From Thermoplasmata archaeon (GTDB lineage: Archaea; Thermoplasmatota; Thermoplasmata; Lutacidiplasmatales; UBA184): 64,000 nucleotides of DNA. Both the position numbers and the translations under genes were made by a program. Numbering within the stretch: the stretch's first letter is position 1; each line of letters starts with the position of its first letter. The stretch lies in contig JAKIWG010000006.1 of NCBI GenBank assembly GCA_022750155.1, forward strand, positions 14,339 to 78,338, written 5' to 3'. Below the pieces are notes generated by a model, which ran no database searches, had not been told where the DNA came from, and was given only the letters and a program-made list of their open reading frames with translations. This document shows, piece by piece, positions 8,875 to 18,704 of the stretch.

Positions 8875-10029
8875 TCAGTCGTGGACGCCGACCAACTCGC
8901 CCCCGCGAAGGATCGGAGTGCCATCGATCGCCAGGTCGGCCTTGCGGATCGGGGAGTATGCCACGAATCGGGAGCCGCGGTTGTGACCCCCCATCTCGGA
9001 ATTCCGTCCGATGGTCAGGGAGACCACGCCGCGTTCCTGGTCGAAGAGGAGGGGGATGGAGGTCGTCGATGGATTCAGCCCGATCGAGATCAGCCCCGGG
9101 CGCTCCTTCCCCTGGGCCGCGGCCCGGTACGCCTTACGAAACTCCGCCTCGCCCCGCTCGAACGAGTAGTCGGTAAGCTTTCCGTTCCGGAAACTCCACC
9201 GGCCGCCGCTGAGCGGGATCTGATTCGGGGCCTCCGAAGAGAACGCCACCCCGCCGGGCCCATCGCTGATGAAGGTCCCGTCGGCAAACCGTTCGTCGAC
9301 CGTGACCACCGCGGCGCCGCTAGGGACCACCTGCACCACGTTGCCCGCCCGGACATCGTCGTCATCGAGGACGCCGTCGTCGACCCTCGGGGGTCGGCCC
9401 GCCAGCCTGAGCGTGAGATCAGTACCGTTCTTGTGGGTGATACGGATCGACTTGCCGGTTCGGAGCCACTTCGCCAGGTACCGCCCATCCCGTCGCATCG
9501 GACGGGGGTCGACGGTCGCTCCCTCGATGAGCTCGGAGCGCCAGCTCGAGAGATCCACTCCGTACCGATGGGCCCAGACCTCGCTGGTACGACCGAGGTC
9601 CCAGCGGATCGACCGGATCCCCGAGCGCTGGACCAGGCGGAACCACTCGTGGTCGTTGGCCATGATCCGGCTGCGGACCGAAGCGGGAAGTGCCTCCTCT
9701 CGCGTCGTGTCGTACGGCCCCCAGAGGTAGACGTGAGCGTCGCTTGCCTTCAGCGTCGCCCACTCGTGGGCGCCGACCTGCCCCAGGTGGGCGGCGGGCG
9801 CCTCGGAGACGCTCTTCCAGTAGGTGGCTTCGTCCTCCACCACAAGCAGGGGACGCGCCCCCAGAATGCGCGCCTCCAGTACGAGGCTATCGGCCCAGGC
9901 TTGGGTTCCACTCCAGGTCTCCACCAACAACTTCTCGCCGCGCCGCAGGAGGAGGGAGTTCCGTAGGACGTTTCGGGCGAACGCCCGACGGGTAGACTCC
10001 GGGTAGTCGCCCAGCACGGCACCTCCCAT
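8875..10029 (-). CDS. M29 aminopeptidase-like protein, probably degenerate
   Basis: N-terminal ARNVLRNSL....GEKLLVE, GTDLTL, PSG, ADGTF, SIGLNP, TIGRN..MGG.N; upstream GGAGG. Confidence 0.75.
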   Translation of the reverse strand: MGGAVLGDYPESTRRAFARNVLRNSLLLRRGEKLLVETWSGTQAWADSLVLEARILGARPLLVVEDEATYWKSVSEAPAAHLGQVGAHEWATLKASDAHVYLWGPYDTTREEALPASVRSRIMANDHEWFRLVQRSGIRSIRWDLGRTSEVWAHRYGVDLSSWRSELIEGATVDPRPMRRDGRYLAKWLRTGKSIRITHKNGTDLTLRLAGRPPRVDDGVLDDDDVRAGNVVQVVPSGAAVVTVDERFADGTFISDGPGGVAFSSEAPNQIPLSGGRWSFRNGKLTDYSFERGEAEFRKAYRAAAQGKERPGLISIGLNPSTTSIPLLFDQERGVVSLTIGRNSEMGGHNRGSRFVAYSPIRKADLAIDGTPILRGGELVGVHD

Positions 10030-10060
10030 GGTTCATCAGAGTATTTAACCCGAAGGATAT

Positions 10061-10525
10061 TTAGGACTCTAATCCATCCACCCCACCGAGGACGGCCTTG
10101 CGGGCAAGGAAAGTGGTCAATAGGGTCTACCAAGGCCGGACATATTATCGGTGGCTGCTCTCGATCGCCCCGAAGGACGTCCAGCGGCTCGGCTGGGTGG
10201 ACGGTCAGGCATTGAAGAGCTACGTGCGGGGCTCGACGCTGACCATCGAACCGGGCGTCGCCGGTGGACCGGTCCGAAGGGCCACTCGGTCCTCCGATCT
10301 CGAGGGGAGCGTCCGCCGCCGATCTCTCGGTCCCCGGCAGGACCCGGCCGCTCCCTCCCGGATCCGCGAATAGTAGCGGCCCAACGCTGGAGGACCCGCG
10401 AGCGGCCCCCTGAGCGACGTGGGAGGGTTAGCAGTACGGCGAGGAGAACGCAACCGGCGTGTTCCGTCACCGATGTCGAAGTTAGTACTCTAATTGTTTC
10501 GCATTTGTTATTTTTAGGCACCTAA
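10061..10525. promoter_or_regulatory. Three TTAG-N4-CTAA palindromic operator-like sites
   Basis: TTAGGACTCTAA 10061-10072, TTAGTACTCTAA 10482-10493, TTAGGCACCTAA 10514-10525, all near TATA-like boxes. Confidence 0.65.
10098..10373 (+). CDS. AbrB/MazE-like small DNA-binding protein
   Basis: RVYQGRTYYRWLLSIAPKDVQRLGWVDGQAL....GSTLTIEP fits the swapped-hairpin pattern. Confidence 0.7.
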   Translation: MRARKVVNRVYQGRTYYRWLLSIAPKDVQRLGWVDGQALKSYVRGSTLTIEPGVAGGPVRRATRSSDLEGSVRRRSLGPRQDPAAPSRIRE

Positions 10526-10579
10526 ACATGAGTTCGGTTAAGTAGGGGTCCTCCATTCGTAGGCTCGAAGTGAGCCATC

Positions 10580-11293
10580 ATGCAGCTGGAAGGAAAGAGT
10601 GCGGTCGTCTACGGCGCGAGCAACCCGAACGGCGCCCTCGTCGCCCGTGCGTTCGCGAGGGAGGGGGCAACGGTCTACCTGGGCGGCCGAGCGATCAACC
10701 CGCTTCAGCTGGTCGCCACCGAGATACTGGACGCCGGCGGCTCGGCGGAGGTCGCACGAGTTGATCCGCTCGACCAGGCGTCCGTCTCCGAGCACCTGCA
10801 CCAGATCGTCATCAAGCACGGAACGGTCGACCTCAGCTTCAACCTGGCATACCTGGGGATCGACGGCGCCACTCGTCTGTGCAACCTGACCGACGAGCAA
10901 TTCCTCGCCGCGTCGTTCACTCGGGTGCGGTCGAACTTCGTGACCATGGCGGCCGCGGCCAGCGAGATGGCCTACCAAGGCCGGGGGGTCATCCTGGCCA
11001 GCGCCGCGCCGGAGCGGGGTTCGCTGGAGGGCAAGACGGCCGGGCAGCTCATCGGGAGCGCGGCCGTCGAAGCGCTTTGCCAGCAACTGTCGTTGGACGT
11101 CGGCTCCTACGGGGTCCAAGTCGCCTATCTCGCGAAGGCGCCGGGGTCAGAGGAAGAAGCGCTGGAGCAGATCGCCCGTACTCTCTCGACCTTGCCCGCG
11201 ACCGCTGCCTCAACCTCCGAGATCGCTCTGAGAGGGCGCCTTTCGAACCACGCCTCCGGGGCCAGGGTACCCGCGGGCGTCGCGACCGGCTGA
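10580..11293 (+). CDS. Atypical SDR-family oxidoreductase
   Basis: LEGKSAVVYGA...G..VARAFAREGA, GTVDLSFN; no YxxxK motif. Confidence 0.8.
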   Translation: MQLEGKSAVVYGASNPNGALVARAFAREGATVYLGGRAINPLQLVATEILDAGGSAEVARVDPLDQASVSEHLHQIVIKHGTVDLSFNLAYLGIDGATRLCNLTDEQFLAASFTRVRSNFVTMAAAASEMAYQGRGVILASAAPERGSLEGKTAGQLIGSAAVEALCQQLSLDVGSYGVQVAYLAKAPGSEEEALEQIARTLSTLPATAASTSEIALRGRLSNHASGARVPAGVATG

Positions 11294-11623
11294 TTCCGGC
11301 GCTGCTGGGCGACCTCCAGGGTGCCCAGCCCCCCCATCGGTCGCCTGGGCACCCGAGTCCCACGGGCCGATCCAGATCCCCAACCCGACAGGGACGCCGG
11401 AGGAATCGAGACGACGAGGGTCCCCCTGGCCCGGATCCGAGTCCTCCGGTGGCCACCGTGGACACATTGGAGCGGTCTCCGAGCCGGACGAATCCTCCGG
11501 TCGAGCCCGTCGAACACGCCTGGCCCCGAACCGCGGGGACACGGACTCCACCGAGTAACGGAGTTCTCGCAGAGTATCGCCGCCGGCGGTCTAAATACCG
11601 TATTCCCGTCCCAGCGGTCGTCG

Positions 11624-14230
11624 ATGAGCGCGGCGTTCACCCCAAGCAAGCCCATGCTGATTCCCCGGCGGTTCGGACGATTACGGCCGCTGTTCCTCCC
11701 CGTGGTCTTCGGCCTGATCCTCCTGATGCTATGCCCGTCCGTCCCCGGGCCACTTCACGCCGTCCCGGGCAAGGCTTCGACGGTGGGTAGCGCCTCTCAC
11801 GTCACAGGGTCGGACTTAGTGACCGAGGCCAGAAACTCGCTCCATACCCCACTGGCCCACGCGGGCCCCGCCCGGCCCCCGGGCAATGGGTCGACCGCTC
11901 CCTCCTGGTATCCTGCGGCCGGGTTCGGTTCTTCGACCTCGAACCCGGCCCCTCGACGCGATATGCAGATGACCTACGATGCCGCCGACGGCTACGTCCT
12001 CATGTTCGGCGGTGCCGGCGCGGTCCTCTACAACGAGACCTGGGTGTTCCAGAACGACTCCTGGCGTGAAATCTTCCCTGCCGTCTCCCCCCTACCGACC
12101 GGAGGGGGAGAGATGGTCTACGATGCCCACGACGGATACGTAGTGCTATTCGGCGGTCAGGTGAATGGCGCGGTGGTGTCCAACCAGACCTGGGAGTTCC
12201 TCGGAGGGAACTGGACGCAATTGTTCCCTTCGGTCTCTCCCCCGGCTCGCCAACTCGCCGGGCTCACGTACGACGCGGTGGACGGGTTCGTCCTGCTGTT
12301 CGGCGGGAACGACAACGAGAACATCTCCTACTCCGACACCTGGTCGTTCGCGGGCGGGAGCTGGACCAACCGGACGTCCTCCGTCGGGACCGGACCCTCG
12401 CCGCGGTCCACTTCGATGACCTACGACGCCACGGATGGGTACGTGCTCCTGTTCGGAGGGGCGCCTACGGTGGGTGCCGCGTTCGGCGACACGTGGAAGT
12501 TCGATCGGGGGAACTGGTCGGTGGTAAATCCAACCTCTTCCCCATATGCCCGTTGGCCTGCCCCCATGGCGTATGATGCGGCCGACGGCTACGTCCTGCT
12601 GTTCGGGAGCATCGGCGTCCAGGGGGCCAACGGATACCAGAACGACACCTGGGAGTATCGGGGCGGGGCCTGGAGCGAAGTGTTCGGTGCCTACACGCCG
12701 AGCGGACGCTGGGTGAGCGCGATGACCTATGACCCGGCAATCCGCGCGGTCGTCCTATACGGGGGATATCTTCAACCGAACGACCTGGGGGACACCTGGA
12801 CCTTTTCCGCGGGGAACTGGACCGCATGGGAGCCGGCCGCGGGAGCGACCCCCCCGGCCCGGTCGGATCCTGCCATGGCCTTCGACGCGGCCGACGGATA
12901 CGTCCTGCTGTTCGGGGGGCAGGGCGCCTCCGGCCTCCTCAACGACACCTGGAGCTACGCGGGCGGGACCTGGACCCCTCTCTCCCTGGGCCATTCGCCC
13001 ACGCCCCGCAGTGGCTCGGCCATGGTCTACGACTCGACCGACCACTACCTCCTCCTGTTCGGAGGGTCGGGCGCTTCCGGCCCACTCAACGATAGCTGGC
13101 GCTTCTCGAATGGCAGCTGGCAGGTTATCCCACCGGCGGGGGGGGTCTCCCCGCCGGCGCGGGCGAACGCCTCGATCGCCGACGACGCGCGCGACGGGTA
13201 CGTGGTCCTGTACGGCGGGCTCGCCGGGGGGGACCTACCGGATACCTGGAGCTATGCCGCCGGCGCCTGGCACCGACTCACGCCGAGCTCCGCACCCTCC
13301 GCCCGGAGCGGTGCGGCGATGGCGTACGATCCCGTGACGGGGCGCGTGATCCTCTTCGGGGGGATGATGTCGACCAGCACGAGTCCCCCCAATTTCTCGC
13401 AGTTCTCTGAAACCTGGGCCTTCACCAACGGTCATTGGAGCCTGCTCAACGTCAGCGGAGCGCCGAGCCCGCGCGATGGAGCCGGTCTGGCCTACCTACC
13501 GACCGCGAGGGCGCTGATCCTGTACGGCGGCAATATCGGGCCCCCCGGCAGCCCCGGCACGGACACGTGGGCGTTCAACGGTACCAATTGGACGAACCTG
13601 TTCCCGTCGGTCGACCCCGGCCCGGCCAGCTACTTCGGCTTCGGGTGGGAGGCGACTTCCGGCGCCATCGCCCTCTTCGGCTCGTCGGTCCCGGGGGCCG
13701 GGCTGCCGATCACCTGGCAGTTCAGCTACGGCACGTCGAACAACTCCTCGGGGTACCCCGCGGCGCCGCTCCGGGTCACGACGAGCGTGCTGCGGGCCTC
13801 GGGAGGTCCTCCGGAGTTGGTCGTCCTCACCGCCGTGATCACGGGGGGAACCCTCCCTTACACACTGCAATGGATCTTTGGGGACGGCACCCAAGGTTCT
13901 GCGCGCCCGGATGCGGCGGTCTCCCATACCTACCCCGGAGCCGGCCGCTTCACGGCCGTCTTGATCGTACAGGACGGGTCTGGACAGCGAGCGCAGACCT
14001 CGACACCCATCCAGGTGGCTCCCCCAGCTGGCCCGGGGTCTCCCAACGGTCCCCTGGGCGGAGAGGTCGCCGGGCTCCTCGCAGTGCTGGGGGCAGCGCT
14101 CGTGGGCGGAGCCGTCGCCACCACCTACCTGTACCACCGGTACCGGCTTCGCGAACTCGAGCGTCGGGAAGGGGAAACGCTCGTTCGGGAACTCCGGAAA
14201 TCTCAGGAGGGGGCTCCCGGGCCGCCCTGA
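11624..14230 (+). CDS. Surface Kelch-repeat beta-propeller plus PKD domain, with C-terminal TM and short cytoplasmic tail
   Basis: Signal-like N-terminus; about 12 repeats of MxYDAADGYVLLFGG...DTW; PKD motif WIFGDG..VSHTYPGAG; TM followed by RRE-GETLVREL. Confidence 0.88.
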   Translation: MSAAFTPSKPMLIPRRFGRLRPLFLPVVFGLILLMLCPSVPGPLHAVPGKASTVGSASHVTGSDLVTEARNSLHTPLAHAGPARPPGNGSTAPSWYPAAGFGSSTSNPAPRRDMQMTYDAADGYVLMFGGAGAVLYNETWVFQNDSWREIFPAVSPLPTGGGEMVYDAHDGYVVLFGGQVNGAVVSNQTWEFLGGNWTQLFPSVSPPARQLAGLTYDAVDGFVLLFGGNDNENISYSDTWSFAGGSWTNRTSSVGTGPSPRSTSMTYDATDGYVLLFGGAPTVGAAFGDTWKFDRGNWSVVNPTSSPYARWPAPMAYDAADGYVLLFGSIGVQGANGYQNDTWEYRGGAWSEVFGAYTPSGRWVSAMTYDPAIRAVVLYGGYLQPNDLGDTWTFSAGNWTAWEPAAGATPPARSDPAMAFDAADGYVLLFGGQGASGLLNDTWSYAGGTWTPLSLGHSPTPRSGSAMVYDSTDHYLLLFGGSGASGPLNDSWRFSNGSWQVIPPAGGVSPPARANASIADDARDGYVVLYGGLAGGDLPDTWSYAAGAWHRLTPSSAPSARSGAAMAYDPVTGRVILFGGMMSTSTSPPNFSQFSETWAFTNGHWSLLNVSGAPSPRDGAGLAYLPTARALILYGGNIGPPGSPGTDTWAFNGTNWTNLFPSVDPGPASYFGFGWEATSGAIALFGSSVPGAGLPITWQFSYGTSNNSSGYPAAPLRVTTSVLRASGGPPELVVLTAVITGGTLPYTLQWIFGDGTQGSARPDAAVSHTYPGAGRFTAVLIVQDGSGQRAQTSTPIQVAPPAGPGSPNGPLGGEVAGLLAVLGAALVGGAVATTYLYHRYRLRELERREGETLVRELRKSQEGAPGPP
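11960..13700 (+). repeat. Intragenic Kelch-type repeats (about 50 codons each)
   Basis: Recurring GACGGNTACGTNCTNCTGTTCGG and GACACCTGG motifs. Confidence 0.8.
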
Positions 14231-14237
14231 CCCCCCG

Positions 14238-15602
14238 ATGGCCTGCGCCCCGCCGCTTCGACCTCCCCCCGCCCGCTCGGGCCGTTGGCCCGGAGGGATT
14301 CTACTCGCCGTGATCATCGTCTTCCTCTCCCCGCCCGGCGGACCGACCCCCACCGTGGGGTCTGCCACGCCGGGAGGCAATGGATCGACCGCGACCTCCT
14401 GCGAGACCGGGCTGGTGGTGATCTCCGTACCCACCCAAGGGCCGGCCCCGTTGCTCGTGCAGTTCTCGGCGATCGTGAACTCGCCCGCCCACACCGGGTT
14501 CTCGTGGTCGTTCGGGGATGGGGCGATGGTCGTCGGAACCAACGGGTCCGAACATTCCCTCGTCCACCTCTACCAGTCGGCTGGCAACTACCTGGCGAAC
14601 GTGACGGCCGCCGGCCCCAACGGGACCCTGAGCTGCTCGATCGGCATCGTCGTGACGCGCGGCGGTCTTGAGGCCCACATCTTCGAGTCTCCTCATTCGG
14701 GCACAGTCCCCTTCACGGCTCACTTTGTGGGGTCGGCCTCGAACGGCACCGACACGTACCACGAGTTCCTATGGGATTTCGGCGACGGTGGGCAGGGGTC
14801 CGGGGTCTCCCTCAACTACACGTTCCGGACCTCGGGGAACTACACGGTTTCATTGAGGGTCGACGATAGCTCCGGGGCCTCGGCCATCGCCACGGTCCGC
14901 ATCCTGGCCCTCCCCAATCCCTCCCGGTCGCCCTCGCTGGGCGATCCGAACGCAGGGGGCTTGGGCGGGCTCAACGGCCCGTTACTGTGGGAGGGGGTGA
15001 CGGTCAGTGCCGCGGTGATCGTGGGCGTGGGACTCTTCGCGCTCGCACTCGCACGACGAGGAGCCGCTCGGTCACTCGCCCCCGGGCTCGAGAGGGTGGG
15101 GCCGTCGGCCGATGCCCGCAATCGGGTCGAGACGGCCCCGCTTGCGCCTACCCCGCCCATCGAGATCCCCGGGGCCGCGGAGACTGTGGAAGTAACGGCT
15201 CCCCCGGCTCGCACTGCAGGTTCTGTCCCACCTCGCGCCGCGGTGGGAGGTGGGACCGGTGTATCCGTCGAGTCCGTACGGCTCTCCCAACGGATCATTC
15301 GGCATCTCGGACGGTCCGGGATACTGGCTCAAGAGGGGACGGTGGGCCGTGAGTTCACGCAACGAGGGATGGCCGAGGCCCTCGGGGTCCGGCAGGGACC
15401 TCTGTCGAACGTCCTTCGACGGCTGGTAGCAGCCGGTGTCGTCACCGAAGAGTTGCGCCACGTCCGAGGCGCACCTCGCCGCGTCAAGGCCTACCGACTG
15501 AGTGCCGAGGGCAGGGCCCTCGCCCTCGAGATCCGTGCCGGGGAATCGGAACGATTGGGGCGAACGCTCCAACCGTCTGAACCTACGCGGATCCCCCGCT
15601 GA
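14238..15602 (+). CDS. Membrane-tethered regulator: signal, 2x PKD, TM, Pro-rich linker, winged HTH
   Basis: WSFGDG and WDFGDG PKD motifs; TM WEGVTVSAAVIVGVGLFALALA; C-terminal FTQRGMAEALGVRQGPLSNVLRRL..GVV...KAYRLSAEG. Confidence 0.85.
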   Translation: MACAPPLRPPPARSGRWPGGILLAVIIVFLSPPGGPTPTVGSATPGGNGSTATSCETGLVVISVPTQGPAPLLVQFSAIVNSPAHTGFSWSFGDGAMVVGTNGSEHSLVHLYQSAGNYLANVTAAGPNGTLSCSIGIVVTRGGLEAHIFESPHSGTVPFTAHFVGSASNGTDTYHEFLWDFGDGGQGSGVSLNYTFRTSGNYTVSLRVDDSSGASAIATVRILALPNPSRSPSLGDPNAGGLGGLNGPLLWEGVTVSAAVIVGVGLFALALARRGAARSLAPGLERVGPSADARNRVETAPLAPTPPIEIPGAAETVEVTAPPARTAGSVPPRAAVGGGTGVSVESVRLSQRIIRHLGRSGILAQEGTVGREFTQRGMAEALGVRQGPLSNVLRRLVAAGVVTEELRHVRGAPRRVKAYRLSAEGRALALEIRAGESERLGRTLQPSEPTRIPR

Positions 15603-15897
15603 GAACCATCCCGAGTCCGGCGACGGCCCAGACCATGGGTGACTCCCGATCACCGGGCCGCGGATCCGATCTGGTCTCGATATCTCGAGGCCCGGCGAGG
15701 GGCCGGTTTTTCCCATCCACTATCGGGCGGGGGCGAGAATCGACGAGGCTCGTCGAGGGGAGGATCATCGATAGGATCGAGCTCCACAGGATCCGCCCCA
15801 GCCTGGCCCGGGAGGTCACCGCCCGATGGGCACAGGGCCGGGAATCATCCGCCGACGAGCGCCGCCCTTCGGCGCGAGATCACCAGGGCGGGGCTCC

Positions 15898-16653
15898 TCA
15901 ATTGTCGCTGACCGAAACCGACCCGGTGCCGATGCTCTTGAAGAACGCGTGCGCTCCGTGGTACGTGCCGATGATCTGGAAGTTCCCGACGGTGTTGTCG
16001 AAGGCAGTGAACCGCACCGTGCAGCTCCCCGAGACGAGGGTGCAGACGCCGTGGTTGGAGAACTTCCCGATCGCCCCGGCGCCTGAGTAGGTCGAGAACG
16101 TCACCGTCCCCGTCGGCGCGGTCGAGCGGTTCGCCAGATCCGTGACGTTCGCGGTACAGTGGGTCGAGCCCCCGGCTCCGAACGTCTGCGGGCTGCACGA
16201 GACCGCCACCCGCGTGCCGTCGTAGTTCGTGACGCGGAGCGAGATCGTCCCGGAGACCAGTTTGTAGGTGTATCCGCAACCGGTGCGGCTGCAATGCTGG
16301 GTGGCGTTCACGTACACGTCCGTGGAACCGAGGACCACCTTGCCGGTGTTCGCATCGATCCCGAACGCGGTGCCTTGCACGTGATCGATCGTGCCCGAGC
16401 GGTTGACCACCATCGCCGAGTAGGTCCCGATCGTGGCGTTCGTCTCCCCGGGGAGTCTAAACCCGATCGAGCCGAACACGCTCGTGACGGCGTATCCGCT
16501 ACCCGCCGTTCCGTTGAGCACGAAGTAGCACGACGTGAGCTGGCTGCAGGAGGTCGCTGTCCCGGTGACGGAGGCCGAGCCGGCGGCGGTGGGAACGACC
16601 GCGAGGAGGAGCAGCACGACGGAGGGCACGAGGAGCGTACCGAGGAGCTTCAC
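15898..16653 (-). CDS. Secreted Cys/Thr-rich protein with C-terminal Ig-like domain
   Basis: Signal peptide; Cys pairs; APTGTVTF..CTL..GSC..Y.G Ig-like pattern. Confidence 0.8.
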   Translation of the reverse strand: MKLLGTLLVPSVVLLLLAVVPTAAGSASVTGTATSCSQLTSCYFVLNGTAGSGYAVTSVFGSIGFRLPGETNATIGTYSAMVVNRSGTIDHVQGTAFGIDANTGKVVLGSTDVYVNATQHCSRTGCGYTYKLVSGTISLRVTNYDGTRVAVSCSPQTFGAGGSTHCTANVTDLANRSTAPTGTVTFSTYSGAGAIGKFSNHGVCTLVSGSCTVRFTAFDNTVGNFQIIGTYHGAHAFFKSIGTGSVSVSDN

Positions 16654-16802
16654 GGGACCCCACTGGGGCCCGTTGCCGATAAACCCATCGAGGCGACCAG
16701 GAGGCGGTCTCCCCGGGCGGAGGAACGCTCCTGCATCGGGGTGCGGGTTCCTAGGCGTTCGGTGAGGTATCGCTCGGGCGGGGACCCGCAGTCGTAAGAA
16801 GT

Positions 16803-17162
16803 GTGGGGGGAGAAAGGATTCCCGTTATCCTTCGTGGTGCGGACCTGGTCGATCGGGTCTACAAGGCAGAGATTCCCGCACTGAGAGCGGCCCTTGAGAA
16901 GTTGAGAAAGGAGTTCTCGGGGCTCGGTCCGAAAACGGACTGGACCGAGCTGCGGATCGATCCGGTGCTCGCGCATGCGAGGTCCCTGGAACGGTTGCTG
17001 AACGCGCGCGAGCACGCTCGGGAGGTTGCGCGGCTGAGACGGAGCGTGGTGCTGTTTCACGCCGACCTGGTGTATCTCCGTGAAAACGTGCGGGGCCCGA
17101 AGCGGATCCTCGAACTGGAGAGGAACGCTTCGTCGAGGCGGGAAAGGAAGCGGCCGGACTGA
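16803..17162 (+). CDS. Hypothetical helical protein
   Basis: Charged, coiled-coil-like composition; fills the gap between genes. Confidence 0.6.
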   Translation: MGGERIPVILRGADLVDRVYKAEIPALRAALEKLRKEFSGLGPKTDWTELRIDPVLAHARSLERLLNAREHAREVARLRRSVVLFHADLVYLRENVRGPKRILELERNASSRRERKRPD

Positions 17163-17275
17163 GCCTCCCCCACGAGACATCGGACCGGGGATCGACGGGA
17201 GGCCGCCACGACCGGAGCCGTGGCCCTCTCGTGCGGCGGGGACCCCTACTCCGCCTCGCCAGACTTGCGCCAACC

Positions 17276-18541
17276 TCAGTCGGCGGACCGCCGGTCGGAC
17301 CCGCGCTCGCCGCGCCCTCGGGCCCCCTCCCCGTGCGAGGCCCCGTGGGTTCGGTCCCCATCGTGGCCTCCGAGGCCGCACCCGCCGAAGTAGTCGGCAA
17401 TGAACAGCAACCCCTTCGGGCTGACGAAGTGGTTTCCCAACGGGGTGATGTTCCCGGTGAGAAGGTTCAGCGTCCCGACGAGCGGGTTGCCGTTGTCGCT
17501 GGGCTCGCCGACGAACACCGTCCCCGCGGGCCAGCCTGTCGTGTTGAGGGCCAGGAGGGTGTTGGCCTTCGCGTCGACCACGTAAAGCGTCCCCGCGCTG
17601 CAGGTGGCGACCGCCATGCCGTCGAGCGGAGGGATGTTTCCGGACCGGTTGTCGAGGACCGGGAGGACGTGGAGCAAGGGGTGGTTGCCGAGGTGGGAGG
17701 CGAAGACGATCTGTCCATCGGCCTGACCGATCGTCGCGAGTTCTCCTGCGAACCGGGGGCTGGAGGCGGGCATGATGAAGTTCGTGTCGGGGTCGGTCAA
17801 GGCGAGCGACACCGTCGAGTGGGTGAGGACGTTGAGCGCCGAGCTGTCGTCGAAGAACACCGGCGTCAGCTGCGCGACCAGGGTCGAACGGTGGAGGGTG
17901 ACCAGGTAGTCCGTCGCCTGGGTCGTGTCGTTCGGGTTCGAATGGGCGACATAGATCACCCCGGCGCGGACCGCGATGCTGTCGGTACCGCCGTTGCCGG
18001 AGACGGCTGGGTCGGGACTGTACGTGTAGGTCGCGACCCCCCCGGTCGCCGGGTCGATGAGGAGCAGCCCGGAGTGGTCGTCCTCGTTGACGGTGGCGAT
18101 CAATGTACCCATCCACCGGTCCGCGCTCAGCCCGTCGACCTTTCCCGTAACGTTCAGGGTGCGCACGATCGCCCCGCTGATCCGGTCGTACCCGACCACG
18201 GTGCTGTAGGTCGGACCGCCCGGGGATCCGGGGGTGCCGTTGGGGTTGACCCCGTTCTGGTAGGCGGTATAGATTACGTCTCGGCCGTGGTCGAGCCCCC
18301 GGAGGGCAAGGTGGGTGATGTCGTCCGGTCCCTTGGCCCAAGCGGGGGGTCCCGAGACGAACGTCGACTGCGGAAGCGTCGCGGGAGGTGCCCCGTGCCC
18401 CCCGGCATGTCCCACGAGCTGGCCTAAGGCGTTCGGAGCGGCGGGCGCGGCGGGCGCCGCGAGGAACCCCCCCGTCGAGGCGATTATGGCGATGGATAAC
18501 GCCGTGTACCCGAGGACCCGCGAGACCCGTTTGCCGAGCAT
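17276..18541 (-). CDS. Secreted beta-propeller-like protein
   Basis: Signal MLGKRVSRVLGYTALSIAII; GPDDI, GKVDGL, GGTDSI, DPD, SPKGLLF blade-like motifs. Confidence 0.78.
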   Translation of the reverse strand: MLGKRVSRVLGYTALSIAIIASTGGFLAAPAAPAAPNALGQLVGHAGGHGAPPATLPQSTFVSGPPAWAKGPDDITHLALRGLDHGRDVIYTAYQNGVNPNGTPGSPGGPTYSTVVGYDRISGAIVRTLNVTGKVDGLSADRWMGTLIATVNEDDHSGLLLIDPATGGVATYTYSPDPAVSGNGGTDSIAVRAGVIYVAHSNPNDTTQATDYLVTLHRSTLVAQLTPVFFDDSSALNVLTHSTVSLALTDPDTNFIMPASSPRFAGELATIGQADGQIVFASHLGNHPLLHVLPVLDNRSGNIPPLDGMAVATCSAGTLYVVDAKANTLLALNTTGWPAGTVFVGEPSDNGNPLVGTLNLLTGNITPLGNHFVSPKGLLFIADYFGGCGLGGHDGDRTHGASHGEGARGRGERGSDRRSAD

Positions 18542-18704
18542 GCCTTCGGATTCTCGGGGGTCCCTGAATAGTCTGCCCCGGTAGATTCCGGAGCCCACCG
18601 AAGAGTCCGGGGGCGCACGGGGTTTTCCGAAGGGCCGTTGGCCATCGGCGTCGCGGTCCCGTAGTCCCTGTCACCGGGAGGGGTCGTCGGGGCTGACGCG
18701 ACGG

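Noticed and set aside
11960-13700. Regularly spaced DNA repeats resembling a CRISPR array
   Set aside because: In-frame Kelch blades with synonymous variation and a period of about 150 bp; no cas genes.
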